From Putridiphycobacter sp. (lineage in GTDB: Bacteria > Bacteroidota > Bacteroidia > Flavobacteriales_D > Crocinitomicaceae), in NCBI GenBank assembly GCA_965230195.1, contig OZ245997.1:4302913-4366912 (forward strand): a DNA stretch of 64,000 nucleotides, written 5' to 3'. Below the pieces are notes generated by a model that had not been told where the DNA came from, did no database searches, and saw only the letters and a list, made by a program, of their open reading frames with translations. The position numbers and the translations under genes were made by a program. Every line of letters starts with the position of its first letter. Within the stretch, counting starts at the first letter, position 1. Positions 49,601 to 59,600 of the stretch are shown one piece after another.

Positions 49601-49731
49601 GCATCTGAATTAATGCCTTCGGAGTCCATGACATTACCGGAATAATTGGCCACAATTTTACCTGACCCTTGTCCAAACACCAGGGACAAGCAACACATCA
49701 TGCAATATGTTATAATGATTCTTTTCATCAC
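46672..49731 (-). CDS. OmpA-family protein with TolB-like PD40 repeats and about 10 repeated beta-sandwich modules
   Basis: 1019 aa. PD40-type 'LYFSSDLKGGKGGKDIYYSQ' and 'LFFASDRELGKGGLDMYF'. Modules built around 'NENGEF.F..L' recur. The C-terminal OmpA domain shows 'YADSRASDKYNLILSERRAQWIKNYMV' and 'NRRAELRIIN'. The start overlaps the PorP/SprF stop by 4 nt. Confidence 0.85.
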   Translation of the reverse strand: MMKRIIITYCMMCCLSLVFGQGSGKIVANYSGNVMDSEGINSDAMDFSAVMLEGKIYFASSREYDQNNFGENNWKKNVRINVFQADVENMDDIYELTFSNVTSFAPIHNQFTHTGPLSFSVTGDTMFYTQVPVNTVHNLKKHRPQIFMLIRYNGKWSKSPQLLPFNNPLFSYGHPSFDSKTNTLYFSSDLKGGKGGKDIYYSQIRKGIWSAPTNMTSVNTSANELYPYYSNDKTLFFASDRELGKGGLDMYFKVEANSEVTNMEFVNSEGDDFGLFLFNEEKMGFLSSNRNGSDDVFTLEIKKEMVFQNNFVGKFEYQKLEEKINRPLSVYLLNEKKEIVSETGVNENGEFQFFNLEGDEDYSVMANSKDEMNLQVYDAEGKPSERLIADQYGDFIYELLDVSEIDQLNLMQVSEKTGKGKISGRFKYDENQFKETGEMIVNLINENGEVAYSVKSDKDGFFEFDDLPADENFIINLESANKDLTLLVFNKDDRIVEELKADGSGYYLYRKLKVLDLTNIKEKGFLHEDEFVFDIGQITGNFNVNGKEGYFPDGLKVGVYNDKGELVDQIEADEKGNFIYDKQAGMADYVFKIEDAPKFLDLNSMSLLVDNDDGSPTEEIKMNENGEFRYKMLKLLSLPGLEAKEGMDEGDFDFFSSIYGQVKYNDKDTTYAGGLEVNIYNSSNELLTTEKTSEKGEFSFTELKEEETYSFDVLNLPDSLLKDLMSLELKNTDGVVLSNAKLTDNGRFTFSKLETNQNDLNLKNELLEDNNFDLIYTIAGDYDYDDKDGQFPTGIKVVAYDGNGNKAGEAYMDESGNFIFERLPGLTTILFKLEGVEETFDIDKFSLFVKDENGKSLAKLQSSEKSYFVYKPLGYKVDIPIEIKEQMNTKVEEEIFGNAALDVSSDIESVYFGSNKTNPNTSDILRLEKMLIMLEISKDSRLEINAYADSRASDKYNLILSERRAQWIKNYMVKKGVESHRVIINAYGEGKLVNDCADGVDCADKEHALNRRAELRIIN

Positions 49732-50648
49732 AGGTATCTTGGGGATACTAGTTTTTTACTCATATTATTTAACAGAAAGTCAAAACCAATAAACAGCTCA
49801 TGCGACCCTCTGTTATAATCCACTAATTTATTGATTGAATAGTCGTAGGCATACCCCACTCTAAAATAATCTGTTATATTCCACTCACTTAAAAAGTTAA
49901 CACTACTGGTATTTCTTAATGAAGCTCCCACCCAAAACTTTTCTAAAAACATAAAATTCATAGCCACATCAATGTTAGGCATTGCTCCCTGAGTTAACTT
50001 AACCATTACTGTTGGTTTAAACTTGGTTTTTCTGCCAATATCAAATACATAACCTGAATGCAAATACATGTGCTGGCTAAGCACCAAATCACTGGCAGAA
50101 GGGTAGCTGATAAACTTCATTTTTTCATTCGTCAAATGAGTAATCGATAGCCCAACAAAAAAACGACTGGAATAATAATAAGTCCCGAAATCAAAATTAG
50201 GGATCAATACACTTTCCTTCCCTCCTACGTTGAACACATCATTTTCTTCTTTAAAAGTTAAAAGGTCTTTATTGAAAATAGCATGGTAAACTCCTCCCCG
50301 GAGTGCAAAACTAAGTTTAGATCGTTTAAATGAAATATGATAAGCCAGTGAGGCTCCCACAGCATTATTTCTAAACGGGCCAATCGACTCGCTGGAAAAA
50401 TTCAGTCCATAAGCTAATGAAGATTTATTAAGTGGTGAATGTAATGAAAAAGACTCCACTGTTGGTGCATCCTTAATTCCAACCCATTGACTACGGTGCA
50501 TCAAAACACCACTAAATGAGCTTCTTGAACCGGCATAAGCAGGATTAATTACATATTGATTATAGGCATATTGACTGTAAATAGCATCTTGTTGTGCCAT
50601 ACTGTCAATACCAACCAATAAAAATAATATTACAATTAACTTTTTCAT
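49728..50648 (-). CDS. Type IX secretion system membrane protein, PorP/SprF family
   Basis: 306 aa. The N-terminal 'AQQDAIYSQYAYNQYVINPAYAG' is the family signature. Beta-barrel-like periodicity. The gene starts 1 nt after the adhesin stop. Confidence 0.9.
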   Translation of the reverse strand: MKKLIVILFLLVGIDSMAQQDAIYSQYAYNQYVINPAYAGSRSSFSGVLMHRSQWVGIKDAPTVESFSLHSPLNKSSLAYGLNFSSESIGPFRNNAVGASLAYHISFKRSKLSFALRGGVYHAIFNKDLLTFKEENDVFNVGGKESVLIPNFDFGTYYYSSRFFVGLSITHLTNEKMKFISYPSASDLVLSQHMYLHSGYVFDIGRKTKFKPTVMVKLTQGAMPNIDVAMNFMFLEKFWVGASLRNTSSVNFLSEWNITDYFRVGYAYDYSINKLVDYNRGSHELFIGFDFLLNNMSKKLVSPRYL

Positions 50649-50649
50649 T

Positions 50650-53600
50650 TTACTTAACTACCTGAACCCATCCGTCATTTAATCGTTTGCCTTCCCACTC
50701 TAACAGGAAATAATAGGTTCCGTGTACTACCGGTTGTCCGGTACTTTGGTTTATACCATCCCAAACATTATCTACATTGTCATAATTATTGATCTGAGCC
50801 ACCAAATCACCCCATCTGTTATAAATGTAAACTACATTATTCTCAAAACCTTCTATTCCCTCAATGATCCAATTCTCATTAACACCATCACCATTTGGTG
50901 AAAATGCAGTATAAATTGTTTCTTTACAGTTACCCTGCTCTTCAATAAATACTTTTACCGAATCAGTAATAAAACACCCATTATGTCCGGTTATACCTAC
51001 CAGATATTGTGTTTCCACTAAAGGGCTAACCATTGGGTTAGGCTGATCCTGACCGATAACAATTCCCGACCAGGCATAAGTTTTACCTCCTGAAGCATTT
51101 AATTCCACCTCATATCCTTTACATACTGAAACATCTTCTCCAGCAGTCAGGCTATCTGTACTGTGTACATAAACTGTAACTGTATCAAATTCAGAAGCAC
51201 AATTGTTTAATGGTTCAACCATTTGAATGTAATAGACTGCACTATCTGTAATATTATCTACTGAGATTGTGAATTCAACTCCGGTAAATATTGGTGTGGT
51301 CAAATCATTATGTTCGTACCACACACCGGCTTCTCCGGATCCTACAAAAAGTTCACCATCATCATCATAATCGCAAAATTGAAATTTAGTACCTAACACA
51401 TTAGGCTTTGCCGGTTGAGCATGAATAACCAACTCTATACTATCAACCGGTGAGCTACACTCATTAATTGTAGTTTGCGTGAAAATATAATATTGCCCAG
51501 GTCCCTGATCAGGAGTATATGATGTCACATTTTCAACTAACAAGTTATTCAGGTCAGGATGTCCCTGATACCAGGATGTAGTAACATTTGTTTCAGTTGT
51601 CATTACATTAAATGCTTCATCCTCACAGTACACTGAATCTATGGTTGATATTACTGCAACATCCGGAATTGCATACATATAAAGTGTTATTGAATCCATT
51701 GCTGAACGGCAACCATTCAGGTCATCATAATCAAAATAGAAGACGGTATCACCCAAAGCAATTTGATTTAAAACCTGGTATGTAAAGCCGGTTCCTACCT
51801 GGTTAGACTGATCAGAATACCAATAACCCGATCCCTGTGTAATATTTGAAGCCTCAAGCAATTCATAGGTCAGATCACCTTCACAATAAGTGGTATCGAT
51901 ACTCGACAGGTCTGGCACTACAGGGTTATCAAAAACCTGAACAGCAATACTTCCTGTATCTGAATGGCAATTATTACCATCAACATGGTAAAATCTGATA
52001 TCGTCGGTTACGCCCGGCGTAAAAACCGTTTCAGGAATTTTAAGTGTATCGTTTACACCCAGACCGGTAGTATTTGAATTCAGGTACCAGTGTGATTCAA
52101 TATCAGAAAACAAGGTATCAAGATCATCTTCAGGACAGAAAGTCAGCAAAGTATTGTTGATCGTCAACTGAGGTGTATTTGGTTTAGGATGAAACGTAAC
52201 CTGACTGGTATCAAACAACGATTTACATCCCTCAGCACTAACCTCTCTGGCATAGTAGGTGATAATTGAATCTCCCAAAGTATAATTATAAGCCGGTGTA
52301 AATGCTGTTGCCGTATTACTTATCATTAATGTATCATTCACATACCAATCTACTATAACACTTGTAGTGGTAGTTAAATCGATAATAATATCATCCTCAC
52401 AATACGCAACATCTCCGTTTATAATTTCAGGTTTAACAGGTACATTATATAAATGTACTAAAACACTATCAGTATCGGATGAACAGGTTTTGGTTACAGA
52501 ATACATTGAATCTCTTCTGAAATAAACTGTAGTGTCCTGACCTGCAGGTAAAATTGTCAGCAGATAGTTGAAATTTGTCACAGATGATCCCCCAGGAGTC
52601 AAATCCCAAATGGTTTGGTAAAAATCACTCTTTAAAGTATCAATTGTATTTCGGCAAAAATAGGCCGTATCGTTACTCAAAGTTGGACTGATGATGGTTG
52701 GAACAGGAGGCTTCAGATAACCAGTTAATAAAGTACTATCTAATAATGACAGACAACCTTCCGCACTTTCGGCCTGAGCATAATACTTCACAATACCATT
52801 TTGGAAAACAGTCGGGAAATTGGTACCTGTACCATCAATACTATTCAGGTCTGCCTCATACCAGTTAACCGGATCAATATTTGTCAGGTCAACTCTTGCT
52901 TCAGCTTCACAATACTCAATATCTCCGTTTTGAATTGACGGTTGCGCCGGTACGTCATATAAATGTACTAATACACTATCCGTATCGGACGAACAGGTCT
53001 TACTAACAGAGTAAACTGAATCCCTTCTGAAGTATACAGTGGTATCCTGACCAACTGGTATGTTTGTTAACAGGTAATTGAAATTGATTACTGATGATCC
53101 TCCTGATGTCAAATCCCAAATGGTTTGGTAAAAATCACTCTTTAAAGTATCAATTGTATTTCGGCAAAAGTAAGCAGTATCATTACTCAATACAGGACTA
53201 ATAATTGTTGGAATCGGTGGTTTCAAATAACCTATCAGCTCAGTACTGTCTAGTAGCGACAAACAACCTTCCACACTTTCGGCCTGGGCATAATACTTTA
53301 TAGTACCATTTTGAAAGACAGTAGGGAAATTAGTTCCTGTACCGTCTACACTACTCAAGTCAGTTTCATACCAATTTACAGCATCAGTATTGGCTAGATC
53401 AACTCTTGTTTCAGCTTCACAATACTCTACACCACCATTTTGAATAGACGGTTGTGCCGGCACATCATACAAATGTACTAATATGCTATCGGTATCAGAT
53501 GAGCAGGTTTTAGTTAATGAGTATACAGAATCCCTTCTGAAATATACTGTAGTATCCTGATCAACAGGTAAATTTGTCAACAGGTAATTGAAGTCTACCA

Positions 53601-56600
53601 CAGATGATCCTCCGGAAGTCAAGTCCCAAATAGTCTGATAAAAATCACTCTTTAAAGTGTCAATGGTATTACGACAAAAATAAGCCGTATCATTACTCAG
53701 AACCGGACTAATGATTACGGGAACAGGTGGTTTTAAATAACCGGTAAGTTCAGTACTATCAAGTAATGACAAACATCCTTCTGCACTTTCCGCCTGAGCG
53801 TAGTATTTAAACACCCCATTCTGAAAAGTTGTCGGGAAATTAGTTCCTGTACCATCCACACTACTCAAGTCAGTTTCGTACCAGTTTACCGGATCGGTAT
53901 TGGTTAAGTCAACCGGAATTTCTCCTTCACAATATTCAACATCTCCGTTTTGAATAGATGGTTGTGCAGGTATACTGTATAAATGGATCATGATACTGTC
54001 CGTATCAGATGAACAGGTTTTAGTAATGGAATAAATGGAATCTCTTCGATAATAAACAGTTGTATCTGGTCCTACAGGAAGATTGGTTAGCAAGTAATTA
54101 TAATCTGTTACTGATGATCCTCCCGGTGTAAAATCCCATATAGTTTGATAAAAATCACTTTTTATTGTATCAATAACATTTCGACAAAAGTAAGCCGTGT
54201 CATTAACGATATCAGTTAAAGGATCGATAATTAAAGGAACAGGAGGTTTTAAATAACCAGTTAATTCTACACTATCTAATAACGATAAACAACCTTCTAC
54301 ACTTTCAGCCTGAGCATAATATTTGAATATACCATCCTGGAAAACTGTTGGAAAATTAGTCCCTGTTCCATCTACACTACTCAAATCAGTTTCATACCAA
54401 TTTACAGGATCAGTATTGATTAAATCCAGGCGGGTTTCTCCTTCACAATACTCTATATCTCCATTCTGAATAGCCGGTTGGGCAGGAATATTGTATAAGT
54501 GTACTAATACACTATCTGTATCTGAAGCACAGGTTTTAGTAATGGAATAAATTGAATCTCTTCGGTAATAAACGGTTGTATCCTGATTAATTGGCAGATT
54601 GGTCAGTAAATAATTGAAATCGGTGACAGATGATCCGCCAGCGGTCAGATCCCACACCGTTTGGTAAAAATCACTCTTTAAAGTATCAATGGTATTTCGG
54701 CAAAAATAAGCTGTATCATTACTCAATACCGGCTCTATAATATTAGGAACAGGTGGCTTTAAATAGCCGGTTAACTCTACACTATCTAATAACGATAAAC
54801 AACCTTCAGCACTTTCAGCCTGGGCATAATATTTGAATATACCATTCTGGAAAACTGTTGGGAAATTAGTCCCTGTGCCATCTACACTACTCAAATCAGT
54901 TTCGTACCAATTTACAGGATCAGTATTAGTTAAATCAAGTCTGACTTCTCCCTCACAGTATTCAACATCTCCATTTTGAATTGAAGGTTGTGCAGGAATA
55001 TCGTGTAAATGAATGATTAATTGACTGGTATCTGAAACGCAAACATCTCCACTGATATAGACTGAATCCCTATAATAAAACAAAGATGTATCCTGACTTA
55101 CAGGCAAATCTGTTAAAAGATAATCCACGCTGTTACTAACTATTCCCGAAGCACCTAAAAACCAATTGGTCTGTGCATAAGAACTTGTAATCAGGCTAAT
55201 TTCATTACGGCAAAAATAAACAGAATCATTACTGGGAACCGGGTTGATAATTGTTGGTGAAGGCGCCTTCGTCAACACTTCTACAAATACAGTATCTCTT
55301 CTCGGACAATTAACATCATTAGTATTATACATTACCTCATACACTCCAGCTGTCAGATCTTGTGCTACGGCAACACTAAATAATCCTCCTGTTGTAGAAT
55401 TAATATTACCGTTTCCTACCGGTTGACTTAGTAAAGAAAATATCCCACCACTTGAATCGGGAACAGGTACAAGTCCTGTAACATTTTGACAAAAATCAGG
55501 ATAAACAAAATTATCTGAAGGCACAAAATAAGCCAATACATTATTGACCGTTGAAGGACATGAACCATATTGATAAACGATCTTATAAGTACTATCAGGT
55601 TCTGCACCTGTTAATTCTCCTGTTGAGGTATTAAACGTATAACCGGTTGCTGCAGTACTAATGGCATAATCACCTAATGGGAATATTGGTTGACTGGTGA
55701 CAAAACCAACGGTATCATGACAAAAATCGCTATAACCAAAATTAAGTTGTGCGGTTGGCACACTATAACTGCCAATGGTATTAGAAATGGTATCGGAATA
55801 ACAAGTCACACTATTCACCACTGAAGTTGCAACTGAATTGGTATTATCTCCGGCACTTAAACCTGAAAATACATTATCATTCAAAGCACCAAACGTGGTC
55901 CCGTTATCAATACTGTAAGAAAAACCTGCTGTAAAATAAGCCACCTGATCAGGAGTGGCAGTTAACACTATCTCTCCATTTCCTAAACCACAGGTATCTT
56001 CACTTAATACAGCACTTAATGTAAATGTCGGACCTACATTTAATACCTGATTATAATTTTCTGTACAACCGTTATCATAATCAAGCTGTACATTATAGGT
56101 ACCAGGTGTTAATCCGGTTACTTCCAATGAATCTATTCCTGTTGGCGGATGAGGTGTACCATCAACTGAAAAATCAAAATCATAAGCTGCATTTGCACTA
56201 TTATCTGCTAAAAACTGACCATTACCTGCAAATTTACAGGTTTCGTCAGTAACAGTAAAGGTTGGTGCCTGAGGTTGCTCCAATAACTCAATGTTCGCCG
56301 CATATTCCGAACTACTGCCATTATCAGCCGAAGTTATCATAGCCGTGAACATGGTATCTACAGTATTATTTAAGCCATATGGTAATAAATCCACAATAAT
56401 TGTATCTTGTGTAGTTGCTGCCGTGATCGTATCATAATGAATTGACAGTGGTCCGGATTCTCCAAAACCTGACCCATCCTGATATGTTGCATCAGTAATA
56501 TTATATATATCAAGATAATATTCCTGTCCAATTGTTAAATCTCTCAGGATAACACTTAATTGAATATCGGAAGTTCCGGTACATGGAAAACCTGATTGTA

Positions 56601-59600
56601 TAATCGGAATTTGAATATTATCCTGAATTCCAGAGGCATTGTTTACCGTGGCACCATCATCACCAATATCAATTCCAAGCCCTCCATTATCAAAAATACT
56701 GTTTCTTAACAAGCTATTACCCGCTGAGCCGGTTCCACTGATTGTAATTCCGTTTCCACCGTTATTAGTAATAGTATTACGCTCAGATAAATTAGCGCCC
56801 CCTAACCTGTTATTTTCAGAATTATTAATCCTTAACCCTACTCCGGAATTAGCAAATGATGGCGTTCCGATATTGTTATTGATTAAAGTATTATTATTGG
56901 CTGAAAGTCTCAATACCACACCATCTACTCCGTTTACCATTGTGTTAGAACTATCAGCGGTTTCTCCCCCAATTCGGTTATATTCACTTCCAGAAATGAT
57001 AATTGCTGTGTCATTACTTAACGCCACAGTTAATGCTGTATCAATACCAATTAAATTTCCATAAATAGTATTCGTATCAGCCGGTCCTGCCAGGTAGATT
57101 CCTACTTCATTACCCCCAATTACATTATCAGGTCCGATAATATTATAATTGGAATTACTTCTTGTGCCAATTGCTACCCGTTGGTTATTAGCAGCAAGAA
57201 CACTATTACCCTCAGGATTATTTCCTAAATAATTATGTTGAACCCTGTTAGAGTCAGCATTCGAAAATAATATTCCTACCCGTTTATTAGCAATAACATT
57301 TTGTTCATTAGCACCTAAACCTCCAATCGTATTCTGAGTACTTTGGTTTAAACGAATTCCAACTCCATTTTGAGCAGTTCCAAGGTAGGCTGTACTGTCA
57401 CCATTCATTCCCAGAATATTTCCCTGTACCTCCTGATTAGATGACTCATTTATCAAAATATCAATTGAATCGCATTCGAAAAAATTAGCGTAAGTAAGGT
57501 TTAAACCAATAAAGTTTGTACTATCTGTATTATTAACATATACCCCTACTTTACTATTTGCTACTATACTTGTCCCATCAGCACTTAAACCAATGTGATT
57601 ATCAACCACTCCGTTGGATTTTGCATTCTTAGTCAGGAAAACTCCTAAATCGTTTCCGGAAATAACATTACCACTATTAGTTGTTCCAATTTTATTTGAT
57701 TCTCCATTTCTGACTGCTACTCCAATACGGTTACCCATACTTGTAATTCCATCTTTATCTACTCCAATATAGTTTCCTATTACTGCATTATTATCTGTAC
57801 TGTCAATAAAAACACCTGCACTGTCATTTGCTGAAATAATGTTCATTTGGGCTGCAGAACCTCCAATTTCATTGCTTTCACTCTCAGGAGAAAGATAGAC
57901 ACCAACCTCATTAGGAAGACTTACCCCATTAGTATCCAGACCAATAAATGAATTATGTACATGCTGATTATCTGAGGAATCAATTCTTACCCCAATATTG
58001 TGATCATGGATTAGCAGATGTAGCAAAGTATCATTCGCATTACCAATATGGTTACTACCATTTGTTACATTTTTTACCCTTACTCCAATACCATTACCTA
58101 AGGCATTTGGTGTTCCTGATGGATTTGTGGAACCAATCACATTTGATTTAACAATATTATCTTTAGTATCAGCATCATGAATATAAATTCCTTCATTAAC
58201 ATTTCCTGCAATAATGTTGATCTGATCTACAAACAAAGTGGTGTCTTCATAACCTATAATGTTACCAGTTGTATTTTCACTAAGTTCAATACCAATATAA
58301 TTAGGCATAGCCGTTGTGGCATCTTCCGTAGGCACACCTATCAAATTACCTCTGATAAGCGCTACTCCTATTTGCGGACCATGAATATGGATACCAATAT
58401 CATTACCAACAATAATATTTCGTTGCGCATCATCTGTATAATCATTCCCTCCAACAATGTTTTTATTTCCCGTACCGGTCATTTCAACCCCAATTTGATT
58501 TGGAATGGTATCAGATAAATCAGCATTTCCTCCAATAATATTACCATAAGTCAAAATATTAAACGAAGAATCGATTAATACCCCTGTCTCACGGTTTCCG
58601 GAAATAACATTTCGGCCATATTTTCCTATATGATATTCACTTGAAGAATTATTCACTTCTACACCTATGGTATTCGGTCTGGCCTCATCTCCCAAAAAGT
58701 TGAGCCCAATATGATTAAAATTTATCGTATTATTTAACCCTCCATTGGTATGACAAATTCCTTTCCCGGGGTTTCCGGAAATGATATTCTTTCCAAAAAT
58801 ATAATCGTATCCAATGGTTGCTCCGGTTGGATTATCAAAGAGAATCCCATCCGGCGAATTGGTATATGTGACATTGAGGGAATCCTTACCATTAGGGTGT
58901 AATCCAATCACATTTCCAAAAACATCAATAACATCAGCATTGGTTGCTTTGAGGTTGGCTCCTGTAACAGATGAAAATCCGTTTCCAGACAATGTATTTC
59001 TTTCATGGTGAAAAAAACCACCAAACGTAGACGAATCAGATAATATATTAACTCCTCCCAACTGATTACCTATTGAAACATCCGTTACAAATCCTGAAAC
59101 AGTTTGTTCCAAACCTATATGTGAACCTTGTAATTTAAATGTTTTTGCCCCTATATCAAGGTGAACCCCATAACCATTAAAACCTGAAATGCCTAAACCT
59201 GCAATAGTGACATTTGGTGCAATAATATTAAATCCGTTAATGGCTGAAGTTGGTACCAGAGGATTGAAAGTAACCAGGTTTGTTGCAGGATAATATTCAT
59301 CAGTAACCAAACCTACATTATTTGGCCCAGGTATTTCTGTTCCTTCCTGACTAAAACCATCAATATAAACGGGAAAATTAATTATCGGAACATTCGTATT
59401 AACTAAAATCCTGTCAGTGTTTGGTGCATAAGATGGAAGGTCAAACTCTATATAGTTATCTTGTTGGGCAGCACTATTCAAACTGGTGATTGTTGCTTCC
59501 CAATCAAGGTTATTGGTGGAAGTTACCCTGTATGGAGTAAACTCACTGGCTCCAATATCAACCGTGTCCAGTAATACTCTTGGCGCTCGTCGGCAATCCT

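Noticed and set aside
52440-55270. Diversity-generating retroelement (VR/TR pair) explaining the repeated adhesin segments
   Set aside because: The copies are in-frame tandem domain repeats and not a coding VR paired with a non-coding TR. The differences are not adenine-specific by eye. No reverse transcriptase gene is in the window.
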